Source: an uncultured delta proteobacterium
GTDB taxonomy: Bacteria > Desulfobacterota > BSN033 > UBA1163
DNA length: 64,000 nucleotides
NCBI GenBank assembly: GCA_963708295.1
Contig: CAVPSJ010000008.1
Location: 128,001 to 192,000 of the forward strand
Direction: 5' to 3'
Shown here: positions 32,444 through 41,614 of the stretch, piece by piece
Layout: each line of letters starts with the position of its first letter
Numbering within the stretch: the first letter of the stretch is position 1
Notes under the pieces: generated by a model
Database searches by the model: none
What the model was told of the DNA's origin: nothing
What the model saw: only the letters and a program-made list of their open reading frames with translations
Translations under genes and position numbers: made by a program

Positions 32444-33463
32444 ATGGGATTAGGCACCATCGTCATTTTGCTCGCCCTTTTCTTTGCCTACTCCAATGGC
32501 TTTCATGACGCAGCGAATGTTGTTTCAACGATGATCATGACAAGGGCGGTTTCTCCAAGAAGAGCCCTTCTCATCGCGGCCGCCTGCGAATTAATCGCCC
32601 CTCTTTTCTTAGGGGGAGCTGTGGCGAAAACCATAGGAGAAGATATCATCCGGTTTCCTGCTTACGACCCCGCATCGATCCCCACCTCCGCGGCTTTCCT
32701 CGTAGCCGCGCTCGCTGGGGCCATCCTGTGGAACCTCATCACCTGGTTCTTTGGTTTTCCCTCAAGTTCTTCGCATGCGTTGATTGGAGGAATGGTCGGA
32801 GCCGGGCTGATCGCTTTCGGGCCTGACAAAATTGTGTGGAGAGGGCTCCTTTATGTCGCCGCTTCCCTTGTGATTTCCCCTTTGCTGGGGTTAACCTTCG
32901 GCGCGCTTTTCTTAAAAATGACTCTCTACCTCTTCCGAAACGCTACCCCCCGGGCAAATGCCTTTTTCAACAAGATGCAGATTCCTTCCTCGATTGCCCT
33001 CGCCATCAGCCACGGCTCCAACGATGTCCAGAAATCGATTGGCCTGATCGCCATTTCGCTGGTCATCCTTGGACTCTCCACCGGGTTTCGTGCTCCCTTC
33101 TGGGTCGTTGCGAGCTGCGGGGCGGCGACAGCCTTGGGAACAGCGACGGGGGGGTGGCGAATCATGAAGACGATGGGTTCAAAAATTTATCGCCTGAGGT
33201 CCGTCCATGCTTTCTGCGCTCAAACTTCCTCGGCAGCCGTCATTCTGGGGGCAGCGTGGTTGGGTGGTCCGGTATCGACGACCCATGTGGTTTCTTCCAG
33301 CATCATGGGCGTCGGAGCGGGTCAACGGATTTCAGCGGTCCGGTGGGGAGTGGCGAAGAATATCATCCTGGCTTGGGTTATCACTATCCCTGCCTCCGCG
33401 GTGATGGCGGGATTGAGTTTCTATCTCATCCAGGAGATTCTCTTTCATGTCATGAAAGGATAG
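32444..33463 (+). CDS. Inorganic phosphate transporter (PiT family)
   Basis: NGFHDAAN, PSSSSHALIG, HGSNDVQK, PVSTTH. Confidence 0.93.
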   Translation: MGLGTIVILLALFFAYSNGFHDAANVVSTMIMTRAVSPRRALLIAAACELIAPLFLGGAVAKTIGEDIIRFPAYDPASIPTSAAFLVAALAGAILWNLITWFFGFPSSSSHALIGGMVGAGLIAFGPDKIVWRGLLYVAASLVISPLLGLTFGALFLKMTLYLFRNATPRANAFFNKMQIPSSIALAISHGSNDVQKSIGLIAISLVILGLSTGFRAPFWVVASCGAATALGTATGGWRIMKTMGSKIYRLRSVHAFCAQTSSAAVILGAAWLGGPVSTTHVVSSSIMGVGAGQRISAVRWGVAKNIILAWVITIPASAVMAGLSFYLIQEILFHVMKG

Positions 33464-33481
33464 AAGAAAGGTTGGTGAAGG

Positions 33482-34270
33482 ATGTTTAGGGGATTCCTCT
33501 TTGATCTCGACGGGACCATCTATCGAAGCGAACAACTCATCCCGGGGGCAGAGGGCGTCATCCGGCTGCTTCGAGAAAAAGGAAGGAAGGTGGTTTTCCT
33601 TTCCAATAAGCCTATTCAGACCAGAGAGGATTATGCCTTGAAGCTGACCCAGCTCGGCATTCCGACTCAGCCTGAAGAGGTGATTAACTCAACCTTTGTG
33701 ATGGTCAATTATCTTAAGAAGGTTGCCCCTCTGGCCAGACTCTTCGTCGTAGGGGAGACTCCTTTTGTTGAAGAGCTGAAAAGGGCGGGTTTTCAAATCA
33801 CCGACGTGCCAAAAGAGATTGAATATGTGATCGTGGCTTTTGATCGGACATTTGATTATGGAAAACTGAACATTGCCTTCCAGGCCATCAAACTGGGAGC
33901 CCATTTTGTTGCTACCAACCCCGACCGGACATGTCCGGTCGAAGGAGGAGAAATTCCGGATTGCGCGGGGATGATCGCGGCCATTGAGGCGGTGACGGAG
34001 AAAAAAGTGGAGGTCATCGTCGGCAAACCTTCTCCCATGATGGTTCAAGCTGCACTGGATGTGCTTCGATTGCAGCCGGCCGATTGTATTCTGATCGGGG
34101 ATCGGATCGAAACGGACATCAAAATGGGGAAGGATTCGGGGATCAGCACAGGAATTGTTCTTACCGGCGTCACCAACGAAGAGATGCTCAAGAAATTCAA
34201 ACACGGCCCGCTTCAGCCCGATTTTGTTTTTCAGAGCATTGCCGACGTCGAAAACTTATTGATAGGGTGA
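33482..34270 (+). CDS. HAD-IIA phosphatase (NagD family)
   Basis: FDLDGT, LSN, ATNPD, GKP, IGDRIETDI. Confidence 0.92.
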   Translation: MFRGFLFDLDGTIYRSEQLIPGAEGVIRLLREKGRKVVFLSNKPIQTREDYALKLTQLGIPTQPEEVINSTFVMVNYLKKVAPLARLFVVGETPFVEELKRAGFQITDVPKEIEYVIVAFDRTFDYGKLNIAFQAIKLGAHFVATNPDRTCPVEGGEIPDCAGMIAAIEAVTEKKVEVIVGKPSPMMVQAALDVLRLQPADCILIGDRIETDIKMGKDSGISTGIVLTGVTNEEMLKKFKHGPLQPDFVFQSIADVENLLIG

Positions 34271-34590
34271 CACGGAGATACGGGGACGCGGGGACCCGGG
34301 GACACTGAGACGCGGAGAACCGGTGATGGGGAGATGGGGAAATTCGGAAACAATAAAATGAAGAAGAGGGAGATGCAGTCATAAGAGTCCAGTAATCTGT
34401 TCCGTGAGCATTTGTTTGATCCCGCAGACACTTTCAACCTGCCACCAATTTCTTCCTGAAATGTTGATTGTTCATTTTAGTTCCATAATACAAGATTTCA
34501 AACGGCAATTGGTAATGTGCTAATAACATTCCTTTCTTCCCAAGTTATTTTACCCCAAAAGACTCTCCAAAAACACTCCCAAAACACTCC

Positions 34591-34642
34591 TTGACAACTT
34601 AATAATAATGAAGTATCTTGCATGAGATTGATTTCATGAAAT
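34591..34642 (+). promoter_or_regulatory. Sigma70 promoter TTGACA-N17-TATCTT with a downstream palindrome ATTTCATGAAAT
   Basis: -35 at 34591, -10 at 34614, perfect 12-bp palindrome at 34631-34642. Confidence 0.6.
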
Positions 34643-34687
34643 AAAGTTTACTAGTGCATGCTGCAAACCTCGTAAGGGAGAAAGGAG

Positions 34688-35026
34688 TTGGTTGTGAAAC
34701 ATCTATCTAAATTACTTCGTATTTCACTCTTTATTGCTCTATTGGTTTTGCCAATGACCGCTTGTATGGAAGGTTCGTATGTTCTAAGTTTGACGGTTGA
34801 GACACCTCAGGATAAGGCGACTGTTAGTACGCCTACGGTCACGGTAAGTGGCACAGTCACTAAGACGGCTGAGGTGAAGATTAATGACGTGGTAGTGCCG
34901 TCTAAAGGTAGCAAATTCTCCACCGATATCAAGTTGACCGAAGGGAGCAATGTTATTACGGTTGTCGCTAAATCGGGTAAGGACACGGAAACGAAGACGC
35001 TGACTATTACCTACAAACCAAGTTAG
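34688..35026 (+). CDS. Small lipoprotein with an Ig-like (glucodextranase domain B-like) fold
   Basis: Lipobox MTAC; VTVSGTV...VKIND...LTEGSNVITVVA beta-rich pattern. Confidence 0.7.
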   Translation: MVVKHLSKLLRISLFIALLVLPMTACMEGSYVLSLTVETPQDKATVSTPTVTVSGTVTKTAEVKINDVVVPSKGSKFSTDIKLTEGSNVITVVAKSGKDTETKTLTITYKPS

Positions 35027-35187
35027 CAGTCTGGCTAAGAACAGGAATCAAATTCCAAAACTGGGAGCAATTGACGGAGGAGAAGACCTAAAATTGCCTA
35101 CAATAAATTTGTTTACTTAGATTATTAGGCACTACAGGGTCCAGAGATATACAAATATTTCTGGAGGTTAAAAACCTTGATAGTCGG

Positions 35188-35222
35188 GCCGCTATCTGTA
35201 CGTGGAGGATAGCGGCTTTTTT
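35188..35222 (+). terminator. Intrinsic terminator-like hairpin
   Basis: GCCGCTATC-loop-GATAGCGGC followed by a T tract. Confidence 0.55.
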
Positions 35223-35281
35223 ATGCAATGAACTAGAGCGGTCTTTCAAAACTTCGATTCAGAATTAAGGGAGGAATCAAC

Positions 35282-35608
35282 ATGGCAACATGGACATTTC
35301 TTACGAATCATGCAATTGTACTTTTCTTTCTGGCTAAACATCCATTAATCACTGGACGAGAGTTGTCAGGATTAATAGGGATTACGGAAAGGTCAGTAAG
35401 AAATATTATTTCTGATCTCGAATCAGAGGGGTATATCCAAAAGTCCAAAGAGGGAAGGCAAGCAAGGTATAAAACCAATCCGCATTTACCTCTTCGGCAC
35501 CGCACTCAGAAGGATAAGGCAATAAAAATTCTCCTCGAAGCATTAGACGGCGAACAAATACGAAAAGGAGCCAAGAAACGGGAAGCATCGTCGAAGGCAG
35601 TTCTATAA
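35282..35608 (+). CDS. Winged-HTH transcriptional regulator (WTFLTNH family)
   Basis: WTFLTNHA, RELSGLIGITERSVRNIISDLESEGYI, GRQARY...PLRH. Confidence 0.85.
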   Translation: MATWTFLTNHAIVLFFLAKHPLITGRELSGLIGITERSVRNIISDLESEGYIQKSKEGRQARYKTNPHLPLRHRTQKDKAIKILLEALDGEQIRKGAKKREASSKAVL

Positions 35609-35836
35609 AAAAAGGGACTCCAACTTTCTGTGTCTCCTGTTTCATCGCCTCCGTCGATGTATTCAGGTCAAGTAACGATCCACCCCCTTGTTTCAATATT
35701 TCAAACGATAATCTTGATTACTCAGTATGAGCCACCATTGCGGCTTTGTAGGTGCTATACGTAACATAATCTGCTTTTCCTTGTGATATTAGTTAGTTAA
35801 TGGCTGTTTTCCTTTATCACTTTTTTTCTATCCCTG

Positions 35837-36772
35837 TCAAGATAATTCGTTTTCAGCGCCTCCGAGTAACTCCATGCTCTCCTGTTCGTCGTCATCCTCT
35901 TGTTGCGCCTGCGTTCTTTGCAGAACCACCTGCATGGCCTTGTAGTAGTCTCGTTGGACCTTGAGGTTGGCTACGCGGCAGTAGCGCTGCGTGGTGGTAA
36001 TCTGGCCATGTCCCAGAAGGTCCTGAATGGTCGCAAGGTCGGCATCGGCATTGAGAAGCTGTGTGGCCATGGTGTGGCGAAGCCGATGACACGAGACGTT
36101 GAGTCCACTTTGTCGCCCATAGTATTCGATCCTCTTCTGAATGCCTCGGACCGATATCGGTTTGCCTCTCATCGGTCCCTTCTGCACCAGAAACAATCCT
36201 CTGGCTTTCGAGGACCGTTTCGCCAGATACACCGAAAGAGCGGATTGGGCATCTTCACTCATGTAGACCACCCGATCCTTCGCCCCTTTTCCATGGAAGA
36301 CAAAGATCTGTCTTCTCCCGTACTCTACCGCATCAACCGTCAGCTCAGCCACCTCCTGGACCCGAAGGCCGCAGCGGAGCATCAACATGAACATGGCCCG
36401 GTCTCTCAGATCCGTGATGCCATCAAAGAGGCCCCTGACCTGGTCATCCTTCAGGTGCCGGGGCAGTGGCTTGGGCAGACGGAGCGAGATCCGGGTGACA
36501 GGGTTGATGATCGATCTGCCTTCCTCATTTGTGAGATAGTCGAAGAAGAGACGAATCGTTTGCAGGTGGCACGTGATCGTCTTGGGCGTTCGTCTCTTTC
36601 GGAGCAGATGATCGACATAGGCTCCGATCTCCTTACGAGTCACATCAGAGAGAGGCACGGTAAGCCATCGGATGAACTGATCGAGGATGTTGACATAGCT
36701 CTTGACCGTGTGGGCCGAGTAGTTTTTTCTCTTCAAGGCTCTCCGGTACCCAATCAGCTCAGTAGGTTCCAT
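35837..36772 (-). CDS. Tyrosine recombinase (XerC/D-like), second of pair
   Basis: N-terminal SAM-like domain; RCGLR, GKGAK, HRLRH, LLGH, TQRY give a complete R-K-H-R-H-Y set. Confidence 0.93.
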   Translation of the reverse strand: MEPTELIGYRRALKRKNYSAHTVKSYVNILDQFIRWLTVPLSDVTRKEIGAYVDHLLRKRRTPKTITCHLQTIRLFFDYLTNEEGRSIINPVTRISLRLPKPLPRHLKDDQVRGLFDGITDLRDRAMFMLMLRCGLRVQEVAELTVDAVEYGRRQIFVFHGKGAKDRVVYMSEDAQSALSVYLAKRSSKARGLFLVQKGPMRGKPISVRGIQKRIEYYGRQSGLNVSCHRLRHTMATQLLNADADLATIQDLLGHGQITTTQRYCRVANLKVQRDYYKAMQVVLQRTQAQQEDDDEQESMELLGGAENELS

Positions 36773-37772
36773 CGATCCCTCCTTTCTCGATAATGGCCAT
36801 GGCCCGGAAGTACTCTTGTTCACGGGTTCTGTCCGTGAGCCGGGCGTATCGGCGGGTGACCTCGATGTCCTGATGACCCAGTAGCTGCTGGAGACATTCC
36901 AGGCGCATCCCCGCGTTGAGAAGCTCGGAGGCAAACGTGTGACGCAGACAATGGACCGTGTAGCCTTTCTGTTCAAACCCTGCTTTCTTGAGGTATTTTA
37001 CGAAAAGGTATCTGCCGGTACTGTAACAGAGATGCCCATTGCTCTGGCCGTAAAAGACGAATTCCTTGTTCTTGTCCCTTTGCCTCAGCCAAAGCTTGAT
37101 GGCAAACAGCGCATCGTCACTCAGATACACCACCCTCCCCATGCTGTTCTTCTCTCCCTCGTACAGATCAACCTTTCTACCTTTGATGTCCAGATCGTTT
37201 AACCTTAGTCCCAAGGCCTCGCCGATCCGGATGCCTGTCCGTAAAAGCAGAAGGATCAGAGCCCGGTCCCGGATCTCCTCAATCACCGAGAGAAGTTTTC
37301 TCACATCGACGGGGTTCATCGCCCGAGGCAGGACCTCCGGCAGCTTCAGCTTGATGCCTCGCTTGAGAACGGATCCTGGGATGATATCCTGCTCCATCAG
37401 AAAATGCACAAATGCAAGGATGCAAGCCACCCTCGTCCGCACCGTGGAGATGCGTAATCCCCGGTCCTGCTCCTGCTCGATGAAACCTTCCAGGTCCCTC
37501 CGTTCGAGTTTCTCGATTTCTCTCTTGCCTAACTTCCCATAAAAGTCCAGGAAGAGCCTGACGGAGTTAAAGGAACCGGACAGCGTACTCCGTTTGTGGT
37601 TCAGACGCCACTTGTGGCGCATGTAGCGCTCCAAGTGTTCCTTGGCGGGAAGCTCTAACCAAGAGAGCTTCTGGAGGATGCGGTCGATTGGCGTGGGTGA
37701 AAGAGGCTGTTCACGTACAACTTCATCTTCACACTTGATTGACTCATTGCTGATCAACTGTCCCTGGGTCAT
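36759..37772 (-). CDS. Tyrosine recombinase (XerC/D-like), first of pair
   Basis: RTGIR, GEKNS, HCLRH, LLGH, TRRY; RBS AAAGGAGG; overlaps the second gene by 14 bp. Confidence 0.93.
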   Translation of the reverse strand: MTQGQLISNESIKCEDEVVREQPLSPTPIDRILQKLSWLELPAKEHLERYMRHKWRLNHKRSTLSGSFNSVRLFLDFYGKLGKREIEKLERRDLEGFIEQEQDRGLRISTVRTRVACILAFVHFLMEQDIIPGSVLKRGIKLKLPEVLPRAMNPVDVRKLLSVIEEIRDRALILLLLRTGIRIGEALGLRLNDLDIKGRKVDLYEGEKNSMGRVVYLSDDALFAIKLWLRQRDKNKEFVFYGQSNGHLCYSTGRYLFVKYLKKAGFEQKGYTVHCLRHTFASELLNAGMRLECLQQLLGHQDIEVTRRYARLTDRTREQEYFRAMAIIEKGGIDGTY

Positions 37773-37983
37773 TTCTCTTCCTCCTTTTCTTTTGCAAGAA
37801 AAAGCAGAATAGATCATGACCCTTAGCACTTCTAACGGTCAATCCATTTTGTTACGTATAGGTAGGTGTAACCTGCAACCCACTTTTTCACCTCTTCCTA
37901 CCTGTAACTTTCTCTTCCCTAATTTGTGAAATGAGTGTATATTGCAAGCGGGTGAGGTGTGAAGATAATATTGAAACCAAACT

Positions 37984-38062
37984 GTCCAACTAATCGCTCA
38001 AGCGGACTCGCTGCGTCTATGCTGCGCTTCACCTGCGCTCGCCGCTTGGGGTGGTATTGGAT
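37984..38062 (+). other. Integron attC-like site
   Basis: GTCCAAC-TAATCGC-TCAAGCGGACTCGC...GCGCTCGCCGCTTGG-GGTGGT-ATTGGAT: R'', L'', L' and an R' with G>A, forming an imperfect hairpin. Confidence 0.7.
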
Positions 38063-38087
38063 CACACACGATGAAGGGGGGTCATAA

Positions 38088-38651
38088 ATGAGCAGCTACC
38101 GTGTACATTACAAAAAAGGTGATGTCGAGATTGAAGTCGAGTCTACTGACAAGGACTACGTTGGCCAAATGTTGCAGAAATTCCTCCCGCCGCAGGCGCC
38201 TAAGATTCCGGCGGGCAAACCCGCAAAGCAAAAAGGTAAACCCCCCAAAATTGGCCGTCGACATCCCCAAGGCAAGGAAGCCGTAGCGAATGAAGAAGAA
38301 ACCATGATCGATTACGCTGCAGTTGCGAACGCCGTTCATGAGTCGGACAAGACCGAGGATATTCAAAAGAACATCCTGAACAAACGGGACAATCTTGGTC
38401 GCATTCTGCTGTCATTCCACTTCGCTCATGAGGCAGGAAATGAATATCTTACAACCGGCGATGTTGAGAAGATTACCGATCAACTTAGGATTAAAATTTC
38501 TCAACCTAATGTATCGGGCTGCGTGGCCAAAAACCGCAAATACTTCTCAGCGGCGAGAGCGCGACGAAGGGGGGCAGTAGTGCCTTACAAATTGAACAGG
38601 GCAGGGGAGCAGGCTTACGAGAAACTCATAGCCGGCGGGAAGGTGAAATAG
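38088..38651 (+). CDS. Hypothetical protein with a predicted C-terminal winged-helix domain (cassette gene 1)
   Basis: KKGDVEIEVES N-terminal module, Pro/Lys linker, LTTGDVEKI...NVSGCV...YKLNRAGE wHTH-like tail. Confidence 0.75.
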   Translation: MSSYRVHYKKGDVEIEVESTDKDYVGQMLQKFLPPQAPKIPAGKPAKQKGKPPKIGRRHPQGKEAVANEEETMIDYAAVANAVHESDKTEDIQKNILNKRDNLGRILLSFHFAHEAGNEYLTTGDVEKITDQLRIKISQPNVSGCVAKNRKYFSAARARRRGAVVPYKLNRAGEQAYEKLIAGGKVK

Positions 38652-38652
38652 C

Positions 38653-39441
38653 ATGCCGTCCATAGACAAGAACACTCTTCTCGCTGCAATATGCCCACCT
38701 CTTGACCAACGTCTGGCCGACCAGATGGTTGATGAGTTCATATCATTAGAACGGCGCTACGTGCTTCGTGATTGGGAGCCGGCTACTCTTGACGGAGGTC
38801 AATTCGCGGAAGCGTCAGCAAGGCTACTATACCATCAGGACTCGAGAACCTTGAACCGCCGTAAGGGCGTAAATGAATGCCTCACCTATGTGGAAGACCC
38901 CGCCAATTCAAATCCTCATGCATTTCCGGAGCGAAAAGCAGCCCTCCATATTGACAGGATTATTCGTACCATCTACAAGTTCCGTTCAGATCGTGGTGCA
39001 GTACATATAGACCCCGATTATACGGCGAACCATCTGGACTCCAAGCTTGTACTTGAGAACTGCCGCTGGGTTATATCGGAATTCCTACGGGTGTTTTGGA
39101 CTGCAGACCGGCGCCAGGTTGCAGCTGCAATCCGGCAGATTATTCAGTATGACGTACCAGTAATCGGCGTTTATGACGGATGTCCGCTTGTTCAAAGGGT
39201 CGATTGCTCGGCAGAAGAGGAAATCCTCATCCTACTTCATCACGCCGGGGAAGAGGGGTTGAGCCGCACCGAAATCGGTCGCGCCGTACTGAGAGGGGCG
39301 CCTGCTGTCACAAAAGCTCTGACCATACTCATTTCACCGAGACGCCGCGAGGTCGTGAAGTTACAAAATGGGAACTATCGGCTGACGGATATCGGTATAC
39401 GCCGCGTTCTGACTGAGCTTGCCGATAAACTCGTAATTTGA
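38653..39441 (+). CDS. Hypothetical protein with a HEPN-like R-x6-H motif and C-terminal winged helix (cassette gene 2)
   Basis: GGQFAE...IYKFRSDRGAVH...ANHLDS; EEILILLHHAGEEGLSRTEIG...YRLTDIG. Starts 1 bp after the gene 1 stop. Confidence 0.75.
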   Translation: MPSIDKNTLLAAICPPLDQRLADQMVDEFISLERRYVLRDWEPATLDGGQFAEASARLLYHQDSRTLNRRKGVNECLTYVEDPANSNPHAFPERKAALHIDRIIRTIYKFRSDRGAVHIDPDYTANHLDSKLVLENCRWVISEFLRVFWTADRRQVAAAIRQIIQYDVPVIGVYDGCPLVQRVDCSAEEEILILLHHAGEEGLSRTEIGRAVLRGAPAVTKALTILISPRRREVVKLQNGNYRLTDIGIRRVLTELADKLVI

Positions 39442-39449
39442 GCGAGAAA

Positions 39450-39513
39450 GTCAAACAAACGGCTGCACCCGCTCCGCCGATAAACCCGGCTCCCGGTGAC
39501 CTTTTCGTTACCC
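39450..39513 (+). other. Integron attC-like site (degenerate)
   Basis: GTCAAAC-AAACGGC-TGCACC...CCGATAAACCCGG...GGTGA-CCTTTTC-GTTACCC, starting 9 bp after the gene 2 stop. Confidence 0.6.
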
Positions 39514-39686
39514 TCTCTTTCAACTCGTAATCTTTGATTCCTGATTATGGTTGTCCGTAATGACTTGTAGGTGTTATATCTATAAGAAGAGATGTTTGTT
39601 GATGTCCCTCCCCTTACCCTTTCTCCCAATCTTCTTATCTTCCCATCTCCGCGTCACCGTGTCTCGCCGTCACCGCGTCTATTATC

Positions 39687-39996
39687 TCACCGCGTCAATG
39701 CATCTCTTAAGATCTGGATAGGATGGAGGACTTTCAATCCAGTGAGGTGACGGATTTGCAGGCGACAGCCTTCGCAGTCGGACAGGATAATTTCGGGTTT
39801 GAGACGGTCGATCGCCTCCTTCAAATCCCTTCCGATCTCCTGAGAGATCTCATATTTTTCTTTCTTAAATCCATAGGTACCGCCCAGCCCGCAGCAATCC
39901 GCTTCGATGTTGTCCAGTTGAAGGCCCGGGATAGAGCGGAGGATTTCAACGGCAGGGAGGCCAATTCCCAGGGCTCTCAAATGACATGGGGCAAAA
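39687..39996 (-). pseudogene. Duplicated 3' fragment of glpC
   Basis: 39699-39996 aligns to 41624-41921 (298 bp, offset 1925) with scattered substitutions; the 5' part is missing. Confidence 0.88.
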
Positions 39997-40205
39997 AAGA
40001 AGGGGACGTAGGTTCTGAGACAACTTGGGGAAGAAGCACGAGCCCCAGCCGTTGACAAGAAAGATTCGGTTCCTTCGTCTGGGAAAGAAAAAATGGGGCA
40101 GCCAATTGAGTGTATTGTAATGGAAACACTCCTTTGTTTCGCAGTCTGTGTCAACCAGAATGGCTACTTTATTTTTGACGTGAGACGGTCAGCAGAGCAG
40201 ACAGG

Positions 40206-40640
40206 TTATTTCTTGTTCTCTTGGGAAGATAAGTATTTGATAATCGCTTTCTTATATTTTTCAAAGTCCCTTAAATCCCGGTGAAGAATTGAGACAACAA
40301 TCGTAGGATCGATGGTTTCATATTGATGGACAACGACATTTCTAAATATTGCCATCTTCTCTAATGTTCCGCATAAATTCCTACCAATCACCTTGTTTTC
40401 CATCAAAATCTTAAAAGTATCAGCATAGCCAGTTGGCAGCCTCATTTCCTGGTCAGAAATAATGTGATTCGCAATGTCGACACAAGCCTCGATAAGAATA
40501 TGCAATGTCCTCTCAACGATCCTCTGAGTTTTCCAATCGATTTTATATCGATTCAGAGAAATTCTGGAGAAATCCCCAATCTGTTTAAGATAGGTATCTA
40601 TCTGGACAAGCTTCCTCCCTATCAAGAGCTTATCAACCAA
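40206..40640 (-). CDS. HepT-like (DUF86) HEPN ribonuclease toxin
   Basis: VERTLHILIEACVDIANHII; FRNVVVHQY (RX4HXY). Confidence 0.9.
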   Translation of the reverse strand: MVDKLLIGRKLVQIDTYLKQIGDFSRISLNRYKIDWKTQRIVERTLHILIEACVDIANHIISDQEMRLPTGYADTFKILMENKVIGRNLCGTLEKMAIFRNVVVHQYETIDPTIVVSILHRDLRDFEKYKKAIIKYLSSQENKK

Positions 40641-41049
40641 TGCCGTACCTCCTATGCAGGATCTCTCTTTCTTTTATGGTAAAATCAAAAAATTCTCTCA
40701 GTATTCGAGATTCGTATTTGTGTCTCAGAAAAGGGTCTTTATCAATCAAGATTTTTCTTTTCTGCAAAATCCTTCCAGCGAGGCTAATGGGCGCGGAATT
40801 CAGGACGACCAAGTCGATCTCATCGGTACCGAGAATTCGTGAAATTTCACTGAATAACGAAAGGAAGTCTAATCTCTTTATATTCCTCACGTATATCCCC
40901 AGATCGACATCACTCAAGATTCTCCTTTTGTCTCTTGCCATGCCCCCAAAAAGGTAAGCGAAGATAATATTGGGGTCATCCATGAAAAGATCGGCTAAGA
41001 GATCGAGATGTTTGTGGATGTCTTCCGGTATCCTTTTAAAACGTATCAT
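40633..41049 (-). CDS. MntA-like minimal nucleotidyltransferase antitoxin
   Basis: FAYLFGG...SDVDLGI, EIDLVVLNSAP; overlaps the HEPN gene. Confidence 0.9.
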   Translation of the reverse strand: MIRFKRIPEDIHKHLDLLADLFMDDPNIIFAYLFGGMARDKRRILSDVDLGIYVRNIKRLDFLSLFSEISRILGTDEIDLVVLNSAPISLAGRILQKRKILIDKDPFLRHKYESRILREFFDFTIKEREILHRRYGIG

Positions 41050-41133
41050 GGTTAAACCATGTCAAAGAAGGGAGCAAAGTCTAATCAGAATTGTCTTAGC
41101 AATTACCTGCTGGCATATTAACATGACTCAACC

Positions 41134-41352
41134 CTATGTGCGTTTAAGAATCTCAAAAGGTCTTCGGTGTCCATGCTCGACCATCTGTCTTAGCATCTCT
41201 CTCGATTTCCGTTTCATCATTTTGAGGCGCTCTTCAAAGGTCAAAGAAGCGAGGTAATTCAGTTCAAACTCAAGCTCCTTTTCCTCATCGGACTGGGATA
41301 ATTTAAGGATCGATCCATGGCTTCCCATAGGTTCAAAGTAGACTTTTTCCAT
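41134..41352 (-). CDS. Small hypothetical protein (antitoxin-like)
   Basis: DEEKELEFELNYLASLTFEERLKMM helical pattern; lies upstream of the MNT gene. Confidence 0.55.
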   Translation of the reverse strand: MEKVYFEPMGSHGSILKLSQSDEEKELEFELNYLASLTFEERLKMMKRKSREMLRQMVEHGHRRPFEILKRT

Positions 41353-41614
41353 GTCTAAGTCAAGCCTAATACGGGGTCTTATGCTGACGGAATTAGATTG
41401 AGTTACCAGTGAGGCCATAGTTAAGAAAACGTAATTACACTGCTTCGGTAAATTCCCATCCCTTTCCTAACCTCCCCCTTGAAGGGGGAGGAACATAATG
41501 TTTTCCCTCCCCTTCAGGGGGAGGGAAAGGGTGGGGGTGGGTTAATCAGATGTCTACTCAATTATGGACGACTAGTGAGTCTATAGAGAAAGGGAACATT
41601 GAGGAATATGAGGC

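Larger units (their letters stand above)
35755..37861. mobile_element. 2.1-kb element encoding two tyrosine recombinases, with 16-bp terminal inverted repeats and 7-bp flanking direct repeats
   Basis: Left end CTATACGTAACATAAT (35755-35770); right end reverse complement CTATACGTAACAAAAT (37846-37861). GTAGGTG directly abuts both ends (35748-35754 and 37862-37868). Confidence 0.85.

Noticed and set aside
35837-37772. The recombinases as chromosomal XerC/XerD or an integron integrase
   Set aside because: They form a tandem overlapping pair inside inverted and direct repeats, and no IntI-specific insertion is visible before the HxxR box.
39997-40154. 5' part of the 155-aa ORF 39687-40154 as a real fusion protein
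   Set aside because: It is a chance open frame upstream of the duplicated glpC fragment, with no RBS or protein-like features.
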